Positions 39,757-49,816 are shown, counted from the stretch's first letter. The stretch: 64,000 nucleotides of DNA from Armatimonadota bacterium (GCA_046292385.1 JBKBRF010000004.1:245212-309211), one strand, 5' to 3'. The notes: generated by a model from the sequence alone, not told the origin. A program made the numbers and translations.

Positions 39757-40656
39757 ATGGCTCTCTGGCTTGGCGCGCTCACGCAGGGACTGGCACTGAT
39801 CTTCCTCGGGTGGGGGATCTACCTCTCGTTCCGCGTGCTCTCCTTCGCCGACATCACGGTCGACGGCAGCTTCACGCTCGGCGCCGTCCTCTCTGCCGTG
39901 CTGGTGGCTGCGGGCGTCCACCCGGCGCTGGCAGTCGGCGCGGGTCTGCTGGGCGGGGCGGCGGCAGGGGCGGTGACGGGTCTGATCCACACGTGGCTGC
40001 GGGTGAGCGACCTGCTCGCCGGCATTCTCACCCTCACGGCGCTCTACTCGATCACCCTGCGTGTCATGGGGCGCCCGAACGTCTCGCTGCTCGGAAAGCT
40101 CACGCTCCCCGGCTGGCTGCAGAAGCTCGGGATCGCCCCGAGCGACGACGTCGCCGCGCTGGGGCTCTACCTGGGGCTGGCGGTGGCCGGCGCGATCCTG
40201 CTCTCCGCGTTTCTGAAGACCGACGTCGGGCTGGCCCTGCGCGCCACGGGCGACAACCCGGAGATGATCACGGCGCAGGGAGTCGATATCTCCCGCACCC
40301 GGCTGGCCGGCCTGGCGCTGGCGAATGCCCTGGTCGGCTTCTCCGGGGCGCTCATCGCGCAGTACCAGGGGTTCGCCGATATTCAGATGGGCATCGGCTC
40401 CCTCGTTGCAGGGATCGCCGCCGTGATGATCGGGGAGAGCTTCGTGGGTCGGCGCTCTCCCGCGGTGGTGATCGCCGCCGTGGCGGGTGGGTCGATCCTG
40501 TTCCGGCTCCTGATCGCGCTGGCGCTGCGGCTGGGGCTGAACCCGGTCGATCTCAAGCTGGTGACCGCCGTCTTCGTCCTGGCGATCCTCGCCGCCGGCC
40601 GGCTCCGACTCCGAAAGGGATGGAAGCTGGCGCCCCGGACCGGAGGCGGCGCATGA
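39757..40656 (+). CDS. ABC transporter permease (putative Trp/Tyr type)
   Basis: GIYLSFRVL.F.D.TVDGSF.LG, LLAGIL, GLALRATGDN, QYQGFADI.MG.G. Confidence 0.88.
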   Translation: MALWLGALTQGLALIFLGWGIYLSFRVLSFADITVDGSFTLGAVLSAVLVAAGVHPALAVGAGLLGGAAAGAVTGLIHTWLRVSDLLAGILTLTALYSITLRVMGRPNVSLLGKLTLPGWLQKLGIAPSDDVAALGLYLGLAVAGAILLSAFLKTDVGLALRATGDNPEMITAQGVDISRTRLAGLALANALVGFSGALIAQYQGFADIQMGIGSLVAGIAAVMIGESFVGRRSPAVVIAAVAGGSILFRLLIALALRLGLNPVDLKLVTAVFVLAILAAGRLRLRKGWKLAPRTGGGA

Positions 40657-41429
40657 TCCGCCTCGAATCGGTCTCCTGCCACTTCTCCGTGCCGGGCTCG
40701 CCGCCGGTAGCCGCGCTGCAGGCGCTCGACCTGACCCTCACGGCGGGAGAGTTCGTGACCGTGATCGGGACGAACGGCAGCGGGAAGTCGACCCTGCTGA
40801 ACGTCCTGGCCGGCCGCGTCACGCCGGCGGCGGGGGCGGTGTGGCTCGACGACCGGTACGTCACCCGCACGCCGGAGCATGTCCGCGCCGCCTGGATCGG
40901 CCGGGTGTTTCAGAACCCGTTCCAGGGCTCCTGCCCGAACATGACGGTGGAAGAGAACCTGCGCCTGGCGGACCGCCGCGGCCGCCGGCAGGCACTCCCG
41001 GGCCGGGGCGGCGGGGGGCGGCGAGCGCGCTTCCGCGAGGAGCTCGCCAGCCTGGAGCTCGGCCTGGAAGATCGGCTTCACGCCCTGGTGGGCAGCCTCT
41101 CCGGCGGGCAGCGCCAGGCTCTGACGCTGCTGATGGCGACCCTGCGTCCGCCGCGCCTGCTCCTGCTGGACGAGCACACCGCCGCGCTCGATCCGCGGGC
41201 AGCGACCCGCGTGCTGGAGCTGACCCGAGAGCGCGTGGCGGCGCACCAGTTGACCACCCTGATGGTCACCCACAGTATGACACAGGCCCTTTCGGTGGGC
41301 AGCCGGACGATCATGCTGCACCATGGCACGGTAATTGCCGATCTCCTGGGTGTCGAGCGGGCGACCGCTCGGCCGGAGGAGCTGGTCGACCGCTTCACCC
41401 GCCTCCAGCTCGCAGATCCGGCGCCCTGA
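40653..41429 (+). CDS. ABC transporter ATP-binding protein
   Basis: GTNGSGKST, LSGGQRQAL, LLLLDEHTAALDP; ATGA overlap with the permease. Confidence 0.92.
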   Translation: MIRLESVSCHFSVPGSPPVAALQALDLTLTAGEFVTVIGTNGSGKSTLLNVLAGRVTPAAGAVWLDDRYVTRTPEHVRAAWIGRVFQNPFQGSCPNMTVEENLRLADRRGRRQALPGRGGGGRRARFREELASLELGLEDRLHALVGSLSGGQRQALTLLMATLRPPRLLLLDEHTAALDPRAATRVLELTRERVAAHQLTTLMVTHSMTQALSVGSRTIMLHHGTVIADLLGVERATARPEELVDRFTRLQLADPAP

Positions 41430-41462
41430 GCCTCTGCCACTCTACTCTCTACTTCCACGCCC

Positions 41463-42452
41463 ATGCATCGACGAGACCTACTCACCACCCTGTTCGGTGC
41501 GGGCCTGGCGCTGCCGCTCCTCGGCGGCTGCAGCGGCGGCGGCTCGGCGGGCGATCTGCCGAAAGTCGGCGTCGTCGCCTACGGACCGGATCCGACGACC
41601 GACATCACCGTGGAAGGCCTGAAGGAGGGGCTGCGCGCCGCCGGGTTCGAGCCGGGAAAGGCTGTGCAGGTGGAATACCAGGACGCCCAGGGCGATCAGA
41701 GCCTCATTCCGCAGATCGTGCAGAAGTACGTCTCGGAAGGGGTCCGGGTCATCGTGCCCATGACCACGCCGTGCCTGGTGGCGACCGCGAACGCGCTGAA
41801 GAACAGCGACCAGCCGGTCGTCTTCACGGAGGTCTTCAACCCGTATGCCGCGGGAGTGGCGCGCTCGTCGACCGATCACCCTGCCAACCTGACCGGAGTC
41901 GCCTCTCCGCCCCCGGCTAAGGAGCTCCTCGATCTGATCCTGGAGCTCCAGCCGCAGGCGAAGACGATCGGCACGATCTACAACGCGGGCGAGGCGAACT
42001 CCGTCTCGGCGGTCGAACGCCTACGTGAGGCGGCCGCGGCCGGCGGGCTGAAGCTGGTCGAGCGGACCGTTGCCGGCTCGATCGAGGTTCAGCAGGCGGC
42101 GCAGTCGCTGGTGGAGGAGGTCGCCGCCGTCTGTATTCCGGGGGACAACACCGTACAGGCGGCCCTCGATGCCCTGGTCGGGCCGGCGCAGAAGGCGCGC
42201 GTACCGGTCGTAGCCGGGAACCCCGCGTGGATCGAGCAGGGGATGCTTGCCTGCCTGGGGCCGGACTTCCGGAACGCCGGTAAGGAGGCGGGGGAGATGG
42301 TGGCGGCGGTCCTGAACGGGGAGAGTCCCGCCGGCATGCCGATCCGCGAGACGGAGAAGCAGGAGCTGCTCCTCAACCGCAAAGTTGCCACGGCGCTGGG
42401 CATCGCGTTTTCGGAGGCGCTCGCCGCCCGAGCGGACCGTGTCATCGAGTAG
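41463..42452 (+). CDS. ABC substrate-binding lipoprotein (putative Trp/Tyr type)
   Basis: RRDLL Tat-like signal with lipobox LLGGC; AQGDQS, NLTGV, IGTIYNAGEANS, DNTV motifs. Confidence 0.88.
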   Translation: MHRRDLLTTLFGAGLALPLLGGCSGGGSAGDLPKVGVVAYGPDPTTDITVEGLKEGLRAAGFEPGKAVQVEYQDAQGDQSLIPQIVQKYVSEGVRVIVPMTTPCLVATANALKNSDQPVVFTEVFNPYAAGVARSSTDHPANLTGVASPPPAKELLDLILELQPQAKTIGTIYNAGEANSVSAVERLREAAAAGGLKLVERTVAGSIEVQQAAQSLVEEVAAVCIPGDNTVQAALDALVGPAQKARVPVVAGNPAWIEQGMLACLGPDFRNAGKEAGEMVAAVLNGESPAGMPIRETEKQELLLNRKVATALGIAFSEALAARADRVIE

Positions 42453-42728
42453 CGGTACCGCTCTTCGCCGGGCAGGATTCCTCAGCAGCGAGCGTGAGCC
42501 TCGCAGCTCTCGGACGTGCGTAGGGCGGTCGAGCAGCGGTCTGTTCAAACAGGCGATTGCTCAATGAAGGTATCTCCGCTTTCCCCGACGAAATCTAATC
42601 CGCACCCTGCCTGCCCGTCCTGGAAGGGAGCGCCGTCCACCCTGCTGCCGTGACTCGAACCTAGCGTGGAGGCCCGAACGCCCCCGTGAAAAGGCCGATC
42701 GCCGCAGTGGCGAGCCACTCTTCGCGAG

Positions 42729-43868
42729 GTGACCGTGAGAAGCACTCTGCGTTCCGGACTGACCGCTGCCTCCGCCCGCCTGATCGGCCGACTTCGGGGG
42801 CTGCCCCGGATCTCGATCTGGCTGGCGGCGATCACGGCACTCATGCTGCTAGGCCAGGCGCCGGCGGCGGCCGAGACGCTGTTCATCGAGACTACGGAGA
42901 CCTTCAGCAGCAACGGCAACTGGTGGTACCAGGGATTCCGGGTGCGGCGCCGCACCACGTTCATCTTGCGGGTTGCCACGGACTACGCCGCGGACACCGC
43001 CATCGTGACAGCGAGCCAGCTGAGCGCCTTTACGCAGAACGGATCGTTCCGCGGTTACGGTGTCTTCGATAACCGGTTCGGGACCGCGGCCGTCACGCTC
43101 AACCCCGGTCAGTACTACCTCGGGATTCGCAACCAGGTGAACGGCCCGAACACGGTGCGGGTGGAGCTGGACCTGCAGGTATCGCTTCCTCGTCCGAACC
43201 GGTTCTACGATTACTATCTCCAGGGTGCCAGCTACGTAGCCGCCAACGGAGGCTGGTACTACCACCCGTTCGTGGTGCAGACCGGGGCCCGGTACTTCCT
43301 GGATGGCTGCAACAGCGGCCTGGAGACCTACGTCATCCCGGCCAGCGAGATCGGGAACTTCACGGGCGGCAGATCGTTCCTTCACTATCCCACTTACGCG
43401 GGCACCGGCCACAACCTGCCGGGGCTGTACGAGCTCCGCCTCAACCCGGGCAACTACGCGCTTGCCTTTCGGAACCCCAACGGCATCAGCAAGGCGGTCA
43501 CCTATACGATGGAGCGCTGGCTGACCTCCCGCCGCAAACGAGCACGCGCGCGCGGGTCGGCGGCGGAACTGCGCGGCGCGCCCCAGCAGGCCCCGTCACT
43601 GTCGGGAGAGGCCCGACGCGGCAGCGCCGGCGACCCCCACGGTGTTCCGGCGCCCGTCCTTCGGGAAGAATCGGAGCTCGCTCCCGGTTTCTCGGCGGGA
43701 GAGCCCGGCCCGCTCACCAGCAGCCCCCCTCATCCCGGCACTGCCGCCGCCGGAGGGACGGCGGCGGGGCGGGGAGAGCCGGTCCCCTCCGCCCCACGGC
43801 CCAGGCTGCGAGGATCGAGCTCCCCGGGCTCCATTTCGCCGGCCCAGCCGTACCCCGCCGGGTCGTAG
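42729..43868 (+). CDS. Secreted hypothetical protein with two tandem beta-rich repeats
   Basis: Signal peptide; duplicated NG.W.Y..F.V...LNPG.Y.L..RN units; low-complexity tail. Confidence 0.6.
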   Translation: MTVRSTLRSGLTAASARLIGRLRGLPRISIWLAAITALMLLGQAPAAAETLFIETTETFSSNGNWWYQGFRVRRRTTFILRVATDYAADTAIVTASQLSAFTQNGSFRGYGVFDNRFGTAAVTLNPGQYYLGIRNQVNGPNTVRVELDLQVSLPRPNRFYDYYLQGASYVAANGGWYYHPFVVQTGARYFLDGCNSGLETYVIPASEIGNFTGGRSFLHYPTYAGTGHNLPGLYELRLNPGNYALAFRNPNGISKAVTYTMERWLTSRRKRARARGSAAELRGAPQQAPSLSGEARRGSAGDPHGVPAPVLREESELAPGFSAGEPGPLTSSPPHPGTAAAGGTAAGRGEPVPSAPRPRLRGSSSPGSISPAQPYPAGS

Positions 43869-43971
43869 TAGTCAGAGGAAAACCGAGACGCCGGACCGGT
43901 TTCGGGAGCGAATAGCGCTTACCCGAACCGGACCGGCTGCTACCGAAGCCGGGGGAGGGGCGTGCAGGCGA

Positions 43972-44120
43972 GAAGGGAGCGGCGGAGCGGGGACCGACGC
44001 GGCGGTCGATTCCCGCGGTAGCGCGCTCAATACCGGCGACCCTGCATCGCTGTGGTGAACGCCTCTCAGCAGAGCTACTCCGGCGCACACGACGCGTTCG
44101 TCGCCACGCTCAGTCCTGAG
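43972..44120 (+). pseudogene. Degenerate fragment of an SBBP (beta-propeller) repeat gene
   Basis: GSGGAGTDAAVDSRGSALNTGD, then after a frameshift near 44052 VVNASQQSYSGAHDAFVATLSP; together they match one SBBP repeat. Confidence 0.5.
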
Positions 44121-44188
44121 CCGGGTATCCTACTGAAGTTGGCGAAAGGGGACGTGCGGGACCCGTAGTCGCTCGCGCGGCGCGGCGG

Positions 44189-44881
44189 CTACGTGCCGGG
44201 CTGCAGGCTGTTGACCACGCGCTCGAACGCCGGCTTCAGCGTCTTCCACTCGCTCTCCGGGCAGCGGCAGATCACCGTCAGCGCTCGCTGGGGGCCCATG
44301 ATCGTCACGCGATAGCCGCGGAGCTTTCCGTCGAGCCAGCCGCCGTCCGCGGTGAACTCGGAGTAGCGGCCATCGCCCGCCTGGCCCACCATGGTCTTCA
44401 TCTCGCCTTCCTGGTAGCCGCTGAACCGCTTCGCCGCCGCCTTGGCCCCCGCCTCGTGGAGACGCTCGGCCGCCGGCTTCTTCATCTCCTTCATCGCGGC
44501 CTGCATCTCCGGCATCGCCTGCAGGAGCTGCTCCGTACCGGGGTCGATTTCACCCTGGGCGCCCTTGGGAGTGAAGTCGCCGACCAGCGATCCGAGCAGA
44601 TCGGCGGTGACCTCGATCGAGGCGGAGCCCTTCTTGAATACCGCCGCGCTGATGATGGCGTGCGCCTCGCCGGCGGCGCGCGACCAGCCCTCCGGATACT
44701 GGCACTGGAACGAGCCGTCCGCCGCCTTGAACGGCTTGTAGGCCTTCGGCGCCGGAACCCGGCGCGCCTCCCGGTAGCGCGGCACCCCGACGAACCAGCA
44801 GCCGGCGATTCCGGCGGCTACCACTGCAATCACGGCGACGACCGCCCACGGACTTCCACCCCGACGACGCGCGAAGATCAT
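44189..44881 (-). CDS. Membrane-anchored hypothetical protein (possibly PsbP/DcrB-like)
   Basis: N-terminal TM helix, F.C.YPEGW, C-terminal W..LKPAFERVVNSL; GGGAG upstream. Confidence 0.6.
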   Translation of the reverse strand: MIFARRRGGSPWAVVAVIAVVAAGIAGCWFVGVPRYREARRVPAPKAYKPFKAADGSFQCQYPEGWSRAAGEAHAIISAAVFKKGSASIEVTADLLGSLVGDFTPKGAQGEIDPGTEQLLQAMPEMQAAMKEMKKPAAERLHEAGAKAAAKRFSGYQEGEMKTMVGQAGDGRYSEFTADGGWLDGKLRGYRVTIMGPQRALTVICRCPESEWKTLKPAFERVVNSLQPGT

Positions 44882-45006
44882 AGCCTTGCTCCCTCCCGAG
44901 CCGAGCGACTACTTTCCAGTGCGACGACGGAATAAGAGTTTCCTCTAAAAGTGGGCGGCGCTATGCGCGTTCCGTTCAGATGGACCGGAGAGGTGACGGG
45001 CGGGAG

Positions 45007-45936
45007 TTAGCGGCTGGCAGTCTCGAGCTGCTTTCGGACGAATCCGAGATCGCGCTCGGCGGCGAGGAAGCTGCGCTCGAAGCGGTCGGCCCGGTTCGTG
45101 CCGCCCGGGTCGTACTCGATGTGGAGCGAGATCGGGCCGGGGAACGGCGTGCGCGCCAGGAGCCGGAAGAACTCCAGCCAGCGGACCATTCCTTCGCCCA
45201 GCGGCACCCAGCGGGTGTTCCACTGGCCGCCGGACCTCTCCCAGACGTAGTCCTTCAGCGCCACCATCTTCAGCCGGGGTGCCAGGCGGTGGAATCCCAG
45301 CTTCCAGCCGTGCTTGCCGCCCTCGATGTGAGCGTGGGAGGGGTCGAAGTAACTGCCGACCCAGGCCGGGTCGAACGGCTCCAGCACCTCGGCGGCGTCC
45401 CACATCGCTGCGCCGACCGCCTCCCCGGAGTGGTTGTGCAGCCCCGCCTGGATCCCCGCCTGCTGTCCCAGGCGGACCAGCGGCTTCAGCTCCTCTCGGA
45501 CCGCCGCCAGCCGCTCTTTCCAGCGGGCGGTCTCGTCTCCGTAGCCGTGGTTCGCCATCTTGTAGAAGCGGATTCCCAGCTTCCCCGCCAGGGTCAGCGT
45601 CTCCGCCGCGGAGCCGTTCACGGAATTGATCGCGGTGCTGATCATCGGCACCGTGAGCCCTTCCTCGCGGAACGCGGCGACCGCTTTCGGAAGGTCGACG
45701 CTCACTCGCTCCGGGCGTACCAGCCCGCCGGGCCGCACGGTGAGGTCCGGCCCCGCGATCTTGAGCTGTCGCAGCATCCGGGCGACCTCGGCGTAGCTGT
45801 AGTCGAAGTCGTCCAGGTGGTCGGTGAAGAGACAGAGACGCTCCGCCAGGCCTTTGCCCGGCGGCTGGGCTGCCGCGGGGCTCGCGGCGGCGGGGACGAC
45901 GGCGAGACCGAGCTTCAGGAGATCGCGGCGGCGCAT
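45007..45936 (-). CDS. Tat-exported sugar phosphate isomerase/epimerase family protein
   Basis: MRRRDLLK signal; DLTVRPGG, HNHSG, FDPSH, LKDY, PLGEG.V, SLHIEY. Confidence 0.85.
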   Translation of the reverse strand: MRRRDLLKLGLAVVPAAASPAAAQPPGKGLAERLCLFTDHLDDFDYSYAEVARMLRQLKIAGPDLTVRPGGLVRPERVSVDLPKAVAAFREEGLTVPMISTAINSVNGSAAETLTLAGKLGIRFYKMANHGYGDETARWKERLAAVREELKPLVRLGQQAGIQAGLHNHSGEAVGAAMWDAAEVLEPFDPAWVGSYFDPSHAHIEGGKHGWKLGFHRLAPRLKMVALKDYVWERSGGQWNTRWVPLGEGMVRWLEFFRLLARTPFPGPISLHIEYDPGGTNRADRFERSFLAAERDLGFVRKQLETASR

Positions 45937-46082
45937 GGCTCCTCCGGGGCGATGGGCGGAGATGCGGACCACTTCGGCTCGGCGAAGGCGCGGACCTGCC
46001 GGAAGTCGTCCCTCCGGTGAAACCGCAGCGGCGCGGGAGACTCATACCACCCGTCTGCGACTGGTGTCCCCGGAGCTTTGTT

Positions 46083-48395
46083 TTGATCCTACGCACCCGT
46101 TCACTGGCCGGAGCCGGTCTCACGCTGGCGGTTACCGTCGGGATTGCGGGTCTCGCCGCGGCGGCCCTGGCGGCCCCCGGTGAGCGAGTCGATTTCGGGC
46201 GCGAGATCCGGCCGCTGCTGGCAAAGCAGTGTGTCGCGTGCCACGGGCCGAAGCGCCAGGACGGCGGACTGCGGCTCGACGTTCGCGCCCGGGCGCTGCT
46301 CGGCGGCGACAGCGGCCCGGCGGTGGTGGCCCGCGCCCCGGAGCGGAGCGAGCTGCTCCGCCGGCTCAAGACCGACGACCCGAAGCACCGGATGCCGCTC
46401 GGCGGCGAGCCGCTGGCTCCGGAGCAGATTGCGCTGGTGCAGCGCTGGATCGCCGCCGGAGCCGACTGGCCGGATGCGCTGGCGGGACGGGAGGAGGCTT
46501 CGGTCCACTGGTCGTTCCGGCCGGTCCGGCGCCCGCCCATCCCCGCGGTGCGCGCCGCCGCAGGCGTGCGGAACCCGATCGACGCCTTTGTCCTCGCGAA
46601 GCTGGAGGCGAAGGGTCTTCGGCTCTCCCCCGAGGCGAAGTCCGAGACCCTGGTACGGCGCCTCTACCTCGACCTGGTCGGCCTCCCGCCAACTCCTGCG
46701 GAGGTGGACGCGTACCTGTCCGACACGCGCCCGGATGCTTACCAGCGGCTGGTCGACACACTCCTCGCGAGCCCCCACTTCGGAGAGCGCTGGGGCCGGC
46801 ACTGGCTCGACCTGGCCCGCTTCGCGGAGAGCGACGGCTACGAGAACGACCAGATCCGCGCGAACGCCTGGCGCTACCGGGACTGGGTGATCCAGGCGTT
46901 CAACGCCGACATGCCGTTCGACCGCTTCACGGTGGAGCAGCTTGCGGGCGACCTGCTCCCGAACGCCCCGCTGGAGGCGCGGGTCGCGACCGGCTTTCAC
47001 CGCAACACCCTCTGGAACTCCGCCGCCTCCGCGGATAAGGAAGAGTTCCGCACCTACGCCGTCAAGGACCGGGCGGACACCACCGCCACGGTCTGGATGG
47101 GGCTCACCGCGGGCTGCGCGAAGTGCCACTCCCACAAGTACGACCCGATCACCCAGCGGGAGTACTATCAGCTCTACGCCTTCTTCAACCGCACCGACCA
47201 CGAAGACGTGTCCGTGCCCGGCGGCGCGGCGCCCGCGTTGAAAGCGGCGGAGCGGGATACCTTCGTGCACGTCCGCGGCGGCTTTCTGAACCCGGGCGAG
47301 AAGGTGGTCCCCGGCACCCCCGCGTTCCTCCCGCCGTTGAAGCCACGCGGCGCCGAAGCGGACCGCCTCGACCTCGCCCGCTGGCTCGTCTCTCCGAGAC
47401 ACCCGCTGACCTCGCGCGTGGCGGTCAACCAGGTCTGGATGCACCTCTTGGGAAACGGCCTGGTGCCCACCCCGGAGAACTACGGCCGAAGTGGCCAGCC
47501 GCCGACGCACCCGGAGCTGCTTGACTTTCTGGCGTCAGTATTCTCCTCTCCCGCAGGCGACGGAGAGACAGAGAGACAGAGGGACGGAGCGACAGAGGGA
47601 CAGAGAGACAGAGTGACAGGGAGAATCAGAGCCGCTTCCTCCCGGGGAGCGACTCCGCCAGCCGCAGAGCAGGGTTCGGAATTCATCCCTCATCCTTCAT
47701 CCCTCATCCCCCCGAAGGGCTTCGCTTGGAGCACCAAGGCACTCATCCGGCTGATCGTCAGCAGTGCGACCTACCGGCAGGCCTCGGAGCACCGGGAGGA
47801 GCTGACGCGGGTCGATCCGGAGAACGCGCTGCTCGGCCGGCAGAACCGCTTCCGGGTGGAGGCGGAGATCGTCCGCGACCTGAGCCTCTCCGTCAGCGGG
47901 CTGCTCGACCGAAAGTTGGGCGGGCCCTCGATCGTCCCGCCGTTCCCGGAAGGGCTGCTGGAGCAGCGGTTCACTAACGAGGCGCTGAAGCTGCCCGGGG
48001 AGGAGCGCCACCGGCGGGGCGTCTACATCCACGTCCAGCGCACGCTCACGCATCCCAGCCTTGCCGCGTTCGATGTGGCGGACGGCAACCAGGCGTGCGT
48101 CCGGCGCGACCGGAGCACCACCCCGATCCAGGCGCTTACGCTGCTGAACGATCCGGTCTTCGTGGAGTGCGCGCAGGCACTCGGAAAGCGGCTGGCCCAG
48201 CTCGGGCCGGACCGCGACACCCGCCTGCGAGAGGGCTTCCGGCTCTGTCTCTCACGGCATCCCAGCAACGCGGAGCTCGCACTGCTTCGGGAGCTGGTGC
48301 AGACGCAGGAGAAGCTCGGCGCGAGCGAGGACGCGGTCTGGCACGGGGTCGCGCGGACGCTGCTCAACCTGGAAGAGCTCACGACGAGGGAGTAG
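46083..48395 (+). CDS. Planctomycete cytochrome c plus DUF1549/DUF1553 (PSD1) protein
   Basis: CVACH and CAKCH heme motifs, HWSF.P, NPIDAF, GERWGRHWLD, HPELLD, QALTLLN. Start uncertain (TTG 46083 or GTG 46017). Confidence 0.88.
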   Translation: MILRTRSLAGAGLTLAVTVGIAGLAAAALAAPGERVDFGREIRPLLAKQCVACHGPKRQDGGLRLDVRARALLGGDSGPAVVARAPERSELLRRLKTDDPKHRMPLGGEPLAPEQIALVQRWIAAGADWPDALAGREEASVHWSFRPVRRPPIPAVRAAAGVRNPIDAFVLAKLEAKGLRLSPEAKSETLVRRLYLDLVGLPPTPAEVDAYLSDTRPDAYQRLVDTLLASPHFGERWGRHWLDLARFAESDGYENDQIRANAWRYRDWVIQAFNADMPFDRFTVEQLAGDLLPNAPLEARVATGFHRNTLWNSAASADKEEFRTYAVKDRADTTATVWMGLTAGCAKCHSHKYDPITQREYYQLYAFFNRTDHEDVSVPGGAAPALKAAERDTFVHVRGGFLNPGEKVVPGTPAFLPPLKPRGAEADRLDLARWLVSPRHPLTSRVAVNQVWMHLLGNGLVPTPENYGRSGQPPTHPELLDFLASVFSSPAGDGETERQRDGATEGQRDRVTGRIRAASSRGATPPAAEQGSEFIPHPSSLIPPKGFAWSTKALIRLIVSSATYRQASEHREELTRVDPENALLGRQNRFRVEAEIVRDLSLSVSGLLDRKLGGPSIVPPFPEGLLEQRFTNEALKLPGEERHRRGVYIHVQRTLTHPSLAAFDVADGNQACVRRDRSTTPIQALTLLNDPVFVECAQALGKRLAQLGPDRDTRLREGFRLCLSRHPSNAELALLRELVQTQEKLGASEDAVWHGVARTLLNLEELTTRE
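47544..47726 (+). repeat. In-frame tandem-repeat insertion within the DUF1553 gene
   Basis: GAGAGACA/GAGGGACA 8-mers and TCATCCC/TCATCCT 7-mers give 61 aa between F and WS, where the paralog has 4 aa. Confidence 0.8.
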
Positions 48396-48397
48396 GG

Positions 48398-49816
48398 ATG
48401 GATTTCCTGGACGAGCACGTGCGGCAGACTCGGAGGGAGTTCTTCACCAGCGCCCGCGGTGGACTGGGACTCCTCGCGCTCGCCTCGCTGCTGCAGGACG
48501 AGGCCGCCGCGGCGCCGCAGCCAACGGCGTTCGTCGATCCGCTGCAGCCGAAGCCGCCGCACTTTCCTGCTCGCGCGAAGAACTGCATCTTCATCTACCT
48601 GATCGGCGGGACGAGTCAGCTCGAGCTGTTCGATCCGAAGCCGGACCTCCAGCGCCTCCATGGCCAGCCGATCCCCGCTTCGTTCCGCGAGGGGGTGCGC
48701 CTGGGGCAGACGACTTTCGACGCGCCGGTGATGGGGCATCCGTTCGGCTTCCGGCGCTACGGAAAGTGCGGCATGGAGCTCTCCGACATGCTGCCGGAGA
48801 TCGGGTCGTGCGCCGACGACCTGACCCTGATCCGCTCCATGCACCACGAGGCGTTCGATCACGCCCCCGGCGAGCTGGTGCTCTCCACCGGCAAGGACCA
48901 GCCCGGGCGGCCGAGCCTCGGCTCCTGGCTGGCGTATGGGCTCGGGAGCGCCTCTCGGAACCTGCCCGGCTACGTGGTGCTGCTGAACGGCCGCGCGCCG
49001 AAGTCGCGCCGCCTCCTCTGGGGCAGCGGGGTGCTGCCTGCCTCCTACGAGGGGGTGCTGCTGCGCAGCCAGGGCTCGCCGATCCTCGACCTGAAGACGC
49101 CGGACGGCATCTCCGTACCGCTGCACCGCGCGCAGCTCGACACCATCGCGGGGTTGAACCGTCTGCGCCGGGAGCAGACCCGCGATCCGAAGCTCGACGC
49201 CCAGATCGCCGCCTACGAGCTGGCGTTCCGGATGCAGACCGCGGCGCCGGAGCTGATCGATCTCTCCCAGGAGACGCCGGCCACGCGGGCCGCCTATGGA
49301 GAGAGCGACTTCGGCCGGGGCCTGCTGCTGGGCCGGCGCCTGGTGGAGCGGGGGGTGCGCTTCGTGACGGTGACCCACCACGAGTGGGACCACCACGAGT
49401 CGATCATCGACGGTCTCCCAAAAGCGTGCAAGGAGATCGACGCCCCGATCGCCGCGCTGCTGCGCGACCTGAAGCAGCGGGGGATGCTGGACGAGACACT
49501 GGTCGTCTGCGCCAGCGAGTTCGGCCGCACCGCCATCACGCAAGGCCAGGACCTGGCGAAGGCCGGGCGCGATCACCACCCGCACGCCTTCAGCGTCTGG
49601 CTCGCCGGCGCCGGGGTGAAGGGCGGTTACGTCCACGGCGCCACCGACGAGCTGAGCTGGCGCGTGACGAAGGACCCGGTCCACATCCACGACTTCCACG
49701 CCACGCTGCTCCACCTCTTCGGGCTGGACCACAAGCGGCTCACGGTCCGCCACCAGGGCCTCGACCTGCGCCTGACCGACGTCGCCGGCAACGTGGTGCG
49801 CGAGGTATTGGCCTGA
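48398..49816 (+). CDS. DUF1501 family protein
   Basis: TRREFF Tat-like signal, AKNCIF...[37 protein letters not shown]. Confidence 0.9.
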   Translation: MDFLDEHVRQTRREFFTSARGGLGLLALASLLQDEAAAAPQPTAFVDPLQPKPPHFPARAKNCIFIYLIGGTSQLELFDPKPDLQRLHGQPIPASFREGVRLGQTTFDAPVMGHPFGFRRYGKCGMELSDMLPEIGSCADDLTLIRSMHHEAFDHAPGELVLSTGKDQPGRPSLGSWLAYGLGSASRNLPGYVVLLNGRAPKSRRLLWGSGVLPASYEGVLLRSQGSPILDLKTPDGISVPLHRAQLDTIAGLNRLRREQTRDPKLDAQIAAYELAFRMQTAAPELIDLSQETPATRAAYGESDFGRGLLLGRRLVERGVRFVTVTHHEWDHHESIIDGLPKACKEIDAPIAALLRDLKQRGMLDETLVVCASEFGRTAITQGQDLAKAGRDHHPHAFSVWLAGAGVKGGYVHGATDELSWRVTKDPVHIHDFHATLLHLFGLDHKRLTVRHQGLDLRLTDVAGNVVREVLA

